Source: Paraspadella gotoi
Lineage: Eukaryota > Animalia > Chaetognatha
Length of the DNA stretch: 64,000 bases
NCBI GenBank assembly: GCA_051294375.1
Contig: CM119267.1
Span: 20,399,476 to 20,463,475, forward strand
Direction: 5' to 3'
In this document: piece by piece, positions 1 through 12,021 of the stretch
How the letters are laid out: the number at the start of each line of letters is the position of its first letter
Position numbering within the stretch: position 1 is the first letter of the stretch
Made by a program: the position numbers and the translations under genes
The notes under the pieces: generated by a model
The model's input: only the letters and a program-made list of their open reading frames with translations
Told to the model about the DNA's origin: nothing
The model's database searches: none

Positions 1-3000
1 GATAAACAAAAAATCAACGGGTCTTCTAAAAAATTAAAAAAAATATATATATATATATATTATACCCGAAAAGAACTTCTGCGAGCATTTTTTTCCGGCC
101 ATGGTGACGCCGTATGAGTGCTTGTCCTCCCCCAATTGCTGGTCGGAATCCATCGTCGAATATCCGACTCGAACGTCGTGGAGGTTAAGTTCCGGACCGC
201 GACCGGCTGGAACGGAAAGGTTTTCTCCTTCTATGTAATTTATTCGTTACGACTTCAACGAATCAAGGAGACCTCACCCGAGGAGGCGTGATTGGCGTCC
301 ATCTTATCGACGACCTTCACTTCGAAGGCGATTTTCCCAGAAGTGACGCCCCAAGTGGCGCGACTGCCCGCGTAGAGATACCCGAACGCTTCAGAGTTAA
401 GAGGCTTGGCACCGAGACCGTCCTGAAGAAGAGACGAGAAAGTGAAGCCATGAAATGAAAATAAGCCCGTGACGTGACCTTCGCCCCCCCGACTCACCTT
501 ATCGACGATGAGGTTAAGGTCGCACAGGTATTTGTCCAAGGTCACGTGGGCGGGGTCCACTTCGTCGGGTTCCTCTTCCGGAATAGGGAGTGGAACGTAA
601 CTGATGATCAGTTTGGAATTTTCAAAAGTCGAGCACATTCAAGAAAAACCCACTCCCAACACCCCTCTAAAAAATACTGACTGATGAGGTTGCGAAATTC
701 GCTCTCTTTCCCTAGATCGCTCTCGCGTTCGTTCTTTGCTCTTCTCCTCGGAATCGCGAGATTTTTCGCGGCTTCGGTCACGCGATCGACTTCTCTCTTT
801 GTCCTGCGAGTGATGTAAAAACCAAAATCTCATTTGCATATTGCAGCAATTGTGTTTGATGTATTCAAGATTCGGTATAGTTTCGATAAATTTAAACAAA
901 TGATACTAACCCCTTCTGGCGAACGACTGCGGTCCCGTTGACGAGAATCCTACCCAAAAAAGAATCAATTAAAATATGTTTCATAATAACATTTATGCAA
1001 AATATAATTTCCGAGTCTCACTTTTTCAGGCGATTTGCTCGTCTTTCCGGGTCGCGACGATTCCGATTTATCCCCCTCTTCCCCCTCGTCCTTTCGCTCC
1101 TTTTCCTCTTCTTTTTCTTTTTCCCCCTCCTCTTCATCTTTTTTCTCCTTTTTGGCGTCGGACTCACGCTCTTGCGACTCTCGCTTCCTTTTTCTATTTT
1201 CGGAGGAACCGCGTTCGCGTCGCTCCTAAACCGTTCCGTAAAAATTATTTGGTAAAATTTCGCCGACCGGGGTTTTAACGTTTTTAAAAAAAATCCCTTA
1301 ATTTATCTATTTTTTAAAAAAAATATTACCTAATAATTAGGCTAATTACCTTAACCCTAAACCCTCTGAAGCCTAACCAGTAACCACCCTTAACCCTCAA
1401 CCACTCTTTAACCCCCCCAAACCCCGGTCGACGAAAGTAAAATTAATCCAATTAATTTTTAAACAAATTAATGAACAAGCAAGTACGTAACACCGGCTTC
1501 GAACCTTAGTAGGAGAAGATTCGGGTGTTGTGAGATCTTTGGAGGTATCTTCCATTGATTCCTCGGTTTCTTCAGTGTTTAAGGGTGCTGTTTCGGCGGC
1601 TGAGAACAATTATTATGATCGTTTACCTTCGCTCGATAAATCTTAAGAAATTTTGGGTCACAAAAACGATATAACTTTATATTCAGCAATCAGCAACTCA
1701 CCTTCGTCTTCGGCCGAGAGATCGTTCTTTTCGGCGCCTTCCACTTTCCCGGCGTCGGTGTATGGGGCCATTTCAACGGGCGTCGTTTCCATGGGTTCCG
1801 GCTCCTCAGTGGCGGGGGCGTCTTGGGTCTCGGTGGCGGAGGCGTCGTCGGTGGCAGCGGCATCGGTTGCCTCGTCGGTTGCCTCGTCGTTAGCGGCGTC
1901 GTTTGCGGCGTCGACGTCTGGAAATGCGTCGACTTCGCGGGCGGCGTCATTGTCAGTACAAGGATCTTGTGACGGATCGGTGCTCTCCTGGGGAACGTTG
2001 AGGGCGTCGTCGGTTTCCTCCAAGATGCTGTCGGATATCAGGGAAGGAGGCTCCACCTAGAATGAGTAAAAAACGGGGAAAATGGTAATATAAAAACAAT
2101 ACTAAATTAATCGTGTCCAAAGAATCTGGAGTCTAAACTCTCTGTAGTTTTTTAACCTGCATCGAAACGTTGGGATCGTCTCTAAGCAAGGCCTCCTCCA
2201 TCTCCTCCGTGGTGTCGCCAACGCCTCCGTTAAGAACCGGCGCCACGCCATCGTCAGGTTGGAGGGCGGCGTCGTCCTCTTCCTCAGTGGCGCCCTCTCC
2301 ATCGTCGCAGTCATCATCGTCGCCCGCATCGTCGACGGCTGAGTTGGACTCGCTGGCGAAAGAGTCGGCGTTGTCCTCGTTGGCTTCGATCCAGGACTGC
2401 AATCGCGCCACGAGAATCTACGAGGAACCCAAAGCGGAAACACAAATTTTAAAGATTACGATCCCAGGCACTGATTCAGTGATTCTCGTTCAGATTATTG
2501 TTATTGTGGCGAAAGTCGAACTTTGACATAACCCTCTCTGTAAAACATTTGTATGTGTACACTTTAAACATATGATCAGATCGGGTATTCCTTATTTTTT
2601 ACTATACATAGCCAAATAGAACGAACATTGCGCGGAAACTAAGGGACTGATTTCCGAAATAAAGCAAACGTTGCTCTCAAAACCGAGTCAAGTTTTTAAA
2701 AAAGGAGAGTGCACTGCGCAAATCTGCAGAAGCATATCTTCAAATCCGATAACCTTACTCAGTTACTGAGGTTGCCTTTCATTTCTCGTCACATATTTAT
2801 TCTTTTTTCTGCCTCTACTATTCTGCAGCGACATCTACTTTTGATTCATCCTCTTCCGCGCAATTGCCGTAGTATTACATATATCATTCATGAAATAGGT
2901 ACAACCAATGTAATCACAAACGGTAGCATCCGATTTCTTTTTCCCTAATTACCGGCTTGGCCCCGCTGACGGGCAGTCCCCTCTCTTTGAGGGCGGCTTT

Positions 3001-3045
3001 GAGTTCGGGGACCTTGAGTTTAGTAATGTCTCCCAATTCGCTCAT
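1..3045 (-). CDS. HNRNPU: hnRNP U / hnRNPUL1-family protein (SAP domain, acidic region, RS/RE-rich region, SPRY domain); multi-exon, 3' end runs out of the window
   Basis: Exon 1 encodes a SAP motif (MSELGDITKLKVPELKAALKERGLPVSGAKP|ILVARLQ). Later exons encode a SPRY start typical of hnRNP U (VTLDKYLCDLNL..PLNSEAFGYLYAGSRATWGVTSGKIAFEVKV). GT-AG introns keep the frame, including a 15-nt exon at 1627-1641. The U vs UL1 assignment cannot be resolved. Confidence 0.88.
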
Positions 3046-3424
3046 CGTTTCTCTCTCTGTCAGACTTTTTTTTTCCTCTTTCGACGAATCAGTTTTCAAT
3101 TTTTCAACGATTCGATCGAAGAAACAAGAAAAAGGGAAAGATAGTTTTTTTTTCGCTGTTTGTTCAAAACATAATAAATAAAACACAAGATTATAAACTT
3201 GAAAATTATTTCGACGATACAAAAATAACGGTTTAAAACGAGATTACAAAAGGCGACGATAAATGATGGAATCAGCCGAAGATGAAGAAGATGAACAACT
3301 TTCACGTATCTCTCTCCCAGTGAATAATGACATCGACGAATTCTATTAAACGCATTTCTTTAGCTTTCAATACGTCGAAAACCACAAGAAAACTGTTTTC
3401 ACTATTCTTATCAACGAGAGGGGT

Positions 3425-6400
3425 TCATTGTGAATCGCTAGACGAACTGGTGGAAGAATCAGTCGACATCACTTCGACGTCGTCCACTTCCTTTTGAGAC
3501 GGATTCCCTGCAAAAAAAAAAAACAAAAAAAAAACAAAAAAAACATGAGCACTGAGCAATTAATTACTCATTCAAACGTTCAATTGTCATAAGCTTACCT
3601 GGTCCCGGTTGATGAGGATGAGGACCGGGGGGAGGGGGCCCGCCGGGGAGAGACTGAATCCCGCTTTGAGGGCCATGATGAGGCATGTGGTGCATAGGCG
3701 AGCTGGGTAGTCCTCCAGGCATGGGACCGGCGACTCCCGGTGGACCGCCCGGTGGTCGCCCGTGAGGATGCTGGCCGGTGGGAAATCCATGTTGAGAATG
3801 CATCTGTTTAAAGAGCGACTACATTAATAATTATTAATCTCTTTCCGGCGGGAACAGAAAAAAAAATCTTGCCTGGCCCGGTCCCTGCAAAAGCATGTCC
3901 GAAGGTCCACTTTGAGGCATTTGATGCGTCATAGGCGGAGGCTATAAATTGGGGGGAAAATGTTTATAAGCTTTAAGATATTTAATGTTTATGGTTTGCA
4001 AGCTCAAATAGTTGAGGCGAAAACGACGACGATAACAAAGACGAATACAACGACGAAGACGACGATGAAATCCATACTTGTGCGGAACCGTAATCACGTA
4101 ACCGCGATCAAATGACATCCTACCTGGTAGTGAATGGTGCCGACTCCCGAGGCCGCGACAGGAGATCTATGAGGTGCCTTGACCGGAGACGAGGTATGTG
4201 TAGCTGGGGCGAAAAAAAAAAAACATTTTGTGAAATATCTTTTGTATTTCACACCCGCGATATCAGCGTTCGAGGCGTCATCAGTCCCTTGTAAGCCTAA
4301 CGTAAGCTTTATATATATACGCTGAATGACGAGGAAATTGATGAATAAAAAGTGGTGAACAACGTTTAGCAACTTTTATTATTTGTATCAATGGCCATAA
4401 AAATCCCGTAAAACTCAAGTCGAGGACGGGCGATGCTACTTTAAAATTGTCAAAAAACGAACTAAATGTTTATCTAGAGTCTCTCCCAAATAACAACGTA
4501 TTGGTCGAATTCGTGAGGACAATAAAAAATAAGAATTCAGCAGAGAAGAGAAAGGGACAATAATATTTTTAAATTTCATACTTTAATGCTTAGTTCAAAT
4601 TTTTTAAAAAATTTTTGGGTTTATTTCCTTTTTAAATTGTAGATTTGTAAATTTTATAATAACAACCAAGTTTTATGAAAATAAGTGTGGCACCCATGCT
4701 TGTATTGACTTACCTTGTCCATGAGGAGGGTGCAAACCTTGAAGCCCAGACGGACCACTCCACATTCCAGGACCACCTACAAACAAGATGGGAACCCCAC
4801 GAAATAAGTTTATTCGTAAACAATATTCAGACAATTGCACTCTGGATGAAAGACTTGCCTTGCGGTCCCATTCCCATTCCCTGCCGCATGCCGTGACCGT
4901 CGGGCATACCATGGCCCGGCATTCCGTGCCCTCCCATGTGCCCTCCATCCATGCCCATCATGTGACCGCTGGGATGACTGCCTTGAGTACAAAAACCAAA
5001 TTAACCCGACTGTAAATGTTGGACATATACTTGAAGAAAAAGACATTATTACCTTGAAATCCCATGGCGGCGCCTGGGGGACTCGTCATCATCCCCATCG
5101 ACGGTGAGGACGACGGCATGGACATCCCAGGACCGGCGTGATGATTGGGTGGGTGATGGGGCACGCCCATGGGGTGGCCTGCTGCGTTCGAATCCATTGA
5201 ATCAAAAGATTGTTTGTATCAAAATTATGTATAATAGTTTCGTCATTTGTCTTACCGTGACCTCCCGTCGACATTGGCAGACCCTGATGTCCAACAGCGT
5301 TCGACATATGCCCAGCGTGTTGGCCTATGAAGGAGTCGACGTTCTTGCAAAGATACATCATATCAGCTCTTTTTTTGATTCTCTCACCGTGACTAACGAA
5401 GTTCCACGAAGGATCCGACATTTTTCCGAGCCAACCCATTCGCATCTCCATCTCTGTAAAAATATGAATTAATCTATTGTATTGAGCGACTGATCACAGG
5501 GGGGATCTTGATACCAATTCAATAAGTTGGTCGCATTTTAGAGAATTGTGGAAGACACAAACTAATAAGTGGGACAGTTACCGACCTGACGGGTAGGGTC
5601 GCCGTTGATCCCCGGGGGTCCATCCGGGAGGACAGGAGACGGAGTTACTAGCGCTGATCTTGTGAGCGTATTTAATTAGTTCTTCGCTCAACACGGGATT
5701 TCTGAAGAAATACATGAGCGATAAAACCAACCAAACTTAAACAAAGCCAACAAGTGACATCATACGAACTTTTGTAATATGACAACACGAACCTGTTGGA
5801 CTTTCGTATGTGCTCTAACTTTTGTTTGGCTTGATACACGGCGTTGGAAAGCAGGGATTCCGCTTCTTTAAGCTGAGTTTGAAGCTTTTTTATATCCTCC
5901 TATCATGAATAGTTTAAAAACAGGATTTATTCGCATATTACTTCCTCATATATTTAAAAAATATACACGACAGTGTAAAATCATACTCGCCTGTTGCTTG
6001 TCAACCTCCCGCTGCAGCTTATCGACCGTCTCTTGAATCTCGGACTGGTTTTTAGCAACCTTTATTAATTCCTTCGTGGAAAAATTTCAAAATCGCCAAG
6101 TTTAAACTGCTTTTTTCGACATCTCGAAATTTAGCATTTGAAATTTGTAAGAAACCCTTTTTTTTTTCAAATCCTACCGACCTGAATCTCTTTGTCTTTT
6201 GAGATGAGCAACTCGATCAAGGCCGTCGACTCTTCGACGGCGGATCCTTTCGACGTCGCCTTTCCGTGATTCGCCAGCAAATCGAACAACTCTTGAGGAT
6301 AAGAGTCGGGTTGATTGTGAATTTGATAGTAATAAAAATTTTATTTACGCATAGGTTTTAGTAGTAAAAACATAAATTCGAAAAAATGTTATTTTAAAAA

Positions 6401-6545
6401 TTGGGAGATAAACGAAAGGCAGGATGACCGATGGGTCAGTCAATCTCGACTCACCCAAAGCAACAATCTCGATGTCATCGACGGCGGAGAGCAGCGCCGG
6501 TTTGGTGGCGACGGAACGAGGATTCCGAAGATCAACCGACGCCAT
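3425..6545 (-). CDS. MED4: Mediator complex subunit 4, with a long Gly/Pro/His/Met-rich C-terminal insertion; multi-exon
   Basis: Spliced translation gives [75 protein letters not shown] and ends [19 protein letters not shown], matching MED4 hallmarks. Two introns need GC donors (5990, 3872). Confidence 0.92.
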
Positions 6546-8126
6546 TTTATTTATTTAATTAAGACGATTATTTAAAACGAAAGTTCGTAATAAAAAAGTA
6601 AAAGAAAAGTTGCCCTCGCTCTACCACGGAAATCGTCACATCTGTGGAAAAAAAACAACAAAGGCACTAAACATTCATCGAAAACAGTAGTTGTAAGATT
6701 ATGTGGTTAGATTGTAAGTAATTAAACTTATCGGGGAGTTGGGTAATGGGTATGTGTTACCAAATTTGTAAAAAAAAAAAAAAGAATTAAATCAGGGAAT
6801 ATTGAATAATATAAAAGAAATAGTAAATTTAGTATAAAGCGAACGAAGTATCTGTAAAGAGAGAAAGAAAAGATGATTACTCGGTGAAACAAATAAAAAA
6901 AATCAAGTGTATCAAACGATTAAAAAATGGCATTAAATACATTATACGAAACGTGGAATAGCTACAAATATTGTATTCTTTCGATGATATCATCTAGATG
7001 CGTTCATCCGATAAACCTCCACACACTATAAATGTTACACAAGATTTTTACCACTTGATTAATTGTATCATCGTAAAAGTTGTCGGCTAAGAATGGCGAT
7101 GGGCTTAGACACGACTTCCCACGATCGCGCGCACACATGCTTTAAAAAGAAAACGGTTTTAATAATTATTAATAAATTTAATATTAAAATAATTATTCTT
7201 CGCACTGCCGGTTCCCCTTCTGAAGGGGGGTCGACGATGGTGGGAAGACGAAAGAACAGAACGATTTTCGAAGGAGAAAAAAAAAAAAAAACCCTAGTGA
7301 ATCGAACAAGAAAAAGAAAACGTCAACCGTGCTGTTTAAGTTCAAACATCGTCTTCTCGGAGGATCGAAAATGTTAATTTTATACTCGGAAATAAAATCT
7401 AAACACTCGCGTTATGGCACAAAATAACGACGGACGCAAACATTGAAAATAGGATCGAAGAAGCGTGTTTAAAAATTTCAGGAAAAGTAGGAGAAAGAGA
7501 AAAAGAAGAAATTTTTTTCATCAATTTTTATATCAGTCTTTATCTCAGCAGTGAAGTAAAAATAAAAACGCATCACTGTGACGGAATGTGAAGCAAAATT
7601 TAAGGAGAGAGGGAAAGAGAGAATTTGAAGACAATAAGCTGCCACCCCACACACCCCTGATTGCGTGGATTAAGCGAAACGATCGATATCCTTTCCACCG
7701 TCATCGATGTTGGCGGGCGGGGTGAGGAGCATCCCGAGCAAAGGGCGACGCAATTGCGCAGTCAAAACCTCCTTATCGGAGGAAGAGACTAATAGGAAAA
7801 AAATGGAGGGAGTGGACTAGAAAACACGCATATAACTGATTAAATACAGTACTGTTACTTTTTTTTTTCGTTTTTTTTTCCCATTACGCGAATAACATCC
7901 ATCACACTTTTAACACACGAGGAGGAAAAGGAAAAAAAAATTAATGAGGTTAAAAAGGATTAATTGTTTTTAACTTGAGTTTTAGTGGTCTACTAAAAAT
8001 CTAAGAATCTAAGAAACGAAGAGTCGGCGGCCGTCTTAAAACAAAATGATATATCACACCGAACGTTGCGATCGAACGATCCCCTTTTTCCAGTCAGGTC
8101 CGTTCTCTTCGTTCAAACAATTTCGT

Positions 8127-9961
8127 TCATTTGGCTGCGGAGGATTCCGCGATGTCCATATATGGATTTTGGTGAAGACTTTTCGAAATGCATTTCATCC
8201 ACTCCTGTTTATCTTCTGGCGAGGCCGCGGACATCCTTGCAGAGAAAAAACAACCGAAAGTTGATTTCGCACATTTCCCGCCCCATTATACCCCGAGAGA
8301 CTGCCGACCATTCCCGCCACCTGTAGACGGAGTGAGTTCCCTCAATGACGCGGCCGTCGTCGGCCGTCTTGCAGGCCTTGATCTTGAAAGATCCCGAAAG
8401 CGGGTAAAGCTCGAAACAGTTGGGCTTCTTGCCGTCCATAACGTCGCGGACTTGAAGGTTTTCCAGAGGAATGATGCCCCGCGGTTCCTTGTCCGTCGTG
8501 TACTCAAAGTAGTAGAGGCAATTGTCGTTGAGGATAAACCAACGACGCTTCCAGTTGCGGTATCGACTGCTCCCTTGCTTCCACAGCCAACCTTCTTTGT
8601 CTGTAAGAAAGATTGATTTCGATATCAGGCATCGCTCAAAATTCAAATCGCAAACGAATCGGAACAGACCGCGAAAAAAGAACCAACTCACCCGGATTGA
8701 AGAACGTGTGCACTAAATCGTTTCCGTCGTCCTCGGGAATCTTGAACTGTTCCTTCTTTATGCTATCGTAGATGGAGACCAGCAGCGGACGAGGAAGATC
8801 TGCAGGTAAAAGATTTCACCGTTTTCACAACAATACTGAGCAATTATTCGGCTTTGGCGAATGAACTTACCGGAACCGTCGTCGATGCCTCTGTTCATGG
8901 AAACGAATTGATCGACGGTGGGCTTGTCCTTCACGTTGGGATTGTGAAGCGAGGTGTTGAGCATGATGACGGCGAACGCGAGGATGTAACATGTGTCCAC
9001 CTGAATAGGGACGATGCATTGACTCACTATCGTGTTCCAATGCAAAAGCTTTCAACGCCGAACTCACCTTAGAAAAGACACCCGGATTGCAATCGCAATA
9101 TCGCTTGGCGAAAGCCTCCATCATCCGGTCTATCTTTTGAGCTTCGCCGGGAAGGCGAAAGCTCCACAAGAACTGGCGTAATGCCTGTACGATAATCATG
9201 TCTTGGAACTCGTGCAGACTGAGGAACTTATCCAATACCTGAGAGTCGGAAAATAAAAGGAATTAGTTTCGATCTTTTCTCTCTGTTTTTAAGAAAACAA
9301 AAGTCAGCAGCACCTCGATGTTGAAATCGTGCTTTTCGCCCAGGTAGTCCCCGATGGCTGACTTGTTGAGTCCTTCGCCCTTGAAGAGAAACTGGGCGAC
9401 GTCGTCGGCGGTCGATTGGAGGATGTTGTTTTCCAATAAATATTCGATCCCACGTTTCGGATCCATGTTGAACTTTTTGCGACCTGTCACATTTTAAAAG
9501 ATTTTCTTTTTTAGAATTTGTCGTTTCTCGATGGACTCTTCAAACGACCGCGCAGTACCTATCAAAAGTTTGTTGGCTTTTTGGTTATTCTTTGAGATTT
9601 TCGATCCTCCCGTCCCGTCTTCGTCGTCGTCCTCGGTATAGTCCATGCGTTCCATCTCAGCGTTTACCTTTACGCAATGAGGTTAGATAAATATTATTTA
9701 TAATAATATTTATTAAATAATCTAGCGCTATTTGCTGACTACAGCTTCATCGATGTCGCAGTCCGACCCTACCTCAGCGATCTCGTTTCGCAGTAGTAGG
9801 ATCTCCTGAATGAGTTGGAGCTTCCTTCGGCGAATGTCGGCGAGCAACTCTTGGTCCTCGGGCGAAAGGTCGCGCTCCGAGGAAATTATCTCACCGAACT
9901 GGACGAGCGAGTTCTGCCCCGCCGCCGGGGGAACACCGCCGCCCGCCAGAGTCACCGCCAT
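8127..9961 (-). CDS. CYTH: Cytohesin/ARNO/Steppke ARF-GEF (coiled coil, Sec7, PH); multi-exon
   Basis: Sec7 motifs [34 protein letters not shown] and [23 protein letters not shown]; PH motif [41 protein letters not shown]; stop TGA at 8127-8129. Confidence 0.95.
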
Positions 9962-11085
9962 TCTCTCGGGGGCGGAAAAGGGGGAGATTGGGGAAGGCGG
10001 GAAAGGTGAGGACCAAGGAAAGGAGAAAGTGACGAAGAACACGTCGAAAAAAAGTTAGGAAAGACTTGAGAATTTCGATTCTGGAGCACTAAAAGTCGCT
10101 CCCAAAGTTAACTCGATTCCCGTTCACAAAAGTTATAGATTATTTTCGAGTGTTATTCCAATAAGGGTTTCACAAAATCGGATCCCGATAAAAATCGTTA
10201 GTGGTTCATACTGGTGTAACACGGTTCAAATTTTCCATCTTTCTATCTTGGTACTTTATTTGTTTTCATTCGTAGAATTAGTAGCGGGAAAATGGAGTTA
10301 GTCGAACAAAATCCACGGTGAAGCAAACGTGGGGATTGCGAAATGTTATAAACACGAAGATGGGATCATGGGAGTTTCATCACAGTCTGGACGGCGCGGA
10401 TTTGATTGAGAACCTAAGAAGAAATTGAAGGGCGAAAAAAAGGTAAAAGAGGCACACAAACTAAAGATACCATTTAACTAGTTTACCTAGTTAAAGAACT
10501 AAACATTTCATTTAAATACGCGACAAGTAAAAAGCTAACAAAAACATTTAAATAACTTTACCTGCGACGGATCGACCGATCATAGCTCGATCGGCGACCG
10601 CTCGGACTGAAGCTTCCTCATTTATCGACACCGACGGCGGCGTAGAGGCTTCGGCCGGTGGCTTCCGGAGTCACCGACGTCGACAAGTCCAACGCGGCGA
10701 CAAAACCACATGTTCGATTCGCGGCGCGGGAATTAATGTTAAATAAATTAGGTTAGGTTTTACCTTAAAAATATAAGAAAATATTCAACAAATTGGGGAA
10801 ACGAAAAGAGGTTCTGCCAGTCGTTCAGGAAATAGTAGTCGTTTTGAGTTTGTCAGGGAGAAATATTCAATTGACAACGACGGGTGACGATTACGGTTTA
10901 GTTCCAAATTTCGTTGGCTAAGAATTTCCACAAAAGGGTATAATGTTTCGTATGATAAGCGGGCTGCCTAAAACTACAGGTCTAGGCTTGGATGAAAAGA
11001 TGAAAAAGTCGATAAATTGCAATAAGGGGATGTTGTGAAACTCAACGAATGACTAATTATATTAGGACCACGTGGGCGGCCACAA

Positions 11086-11408
11086 TCATCCGAACAGAAC
11101 TTCCATGACGATCATGGCGATGTTTAAGGGAATCAACGGAACCTTCATCACCGTCTGGACTGACCGTACGAGATTGAGAAACTGCGAAGGGATAATGAGA
11201 GAATTGTAAAAAAAACCCCGAGTGCGGGTGAAGTTATGAAATTAAATACGAGCAGTCCGACCTGTGCTTTCACGGGAGTGTTTTCTCCGAAGCCCCGGTG
11301 CTGCACGTTCCATCCAATCTTGGACAAGAACCGTTCCTCGTTTAAAATGCACATGGCGTTGACGCATAACAGTACGGCTTGGCAGAGCGTGTATAACGAA
11401 AAAGCCAT
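11086..11408 (-). CDS. IER3IP1: IER3-interacting protein 1 / Yos1 (small ER membrane protein); 2 exons
   Basis: MAFSLYTLCQAVLLCVNAMCILNEERFLSKIGW..VKAQ|FLNLVRSVQTVMKVPLIPLNIAMIVMEVLFG* follows the Yos1/IER3IP1 pattern; one GT-AG intron. Confidence 0.93.
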
Positions 11409-12021
11409 TTTTCTTGGCGTCTGTTTAATAGAATATTACTTATTTTTGACAAACTCAACTGCATGTAAATGGATTGGGACAATATATAAAAGGTACTGTC
11501 ATTGGAATATTGCCCAAGCAATATCAGATTCGTAATGTTGAAAATATCTAATTAACCATAATTGAACTGATAAGAATACTATGTGTTATCTATTCGCATA
11601 AAAAGTGGTACAAACAACAGCGGTTTATTGCAAAAAACGACAACCAATGGTCTTTAACAAAATGAAAGGCCGCTTTACAATACTGGTACATAATCTCAAA
11701 AATACAAGGCGCACAAAATTACAGCAAGTCGTAAGTCAAATCGGCTACAACTGGTTGAAAATTTCGCAGACTAGAAAAAGGTGAAGCGATAACGCGTGAA
11801 ATGATAAACACAAAAAACAAAAAGCGTGATTCAATTTCAAAGCACTCATTAACTAAAAAAAAACCAACAAAAGTATAAAATGAGTATGAAAATGTGAACA
11901 ATTGCCCCATCTAATCGGCAATCGTGATCCATTCTAACATTCGCGCGCCGAACTCCGACGGCTATTCTCATAATAAGTCATAAGAGCAAGTGTAATAGAT
12001 TTTATTCCTAATCTTTTATTG

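Noticed and set aside
10199-10232. tRNA-like A/B box fragments (TAGTGGTT..GGTTCAAAT)
   Set aside because: The spacing is too short for an anticodon arm and there is no acceptor stem.
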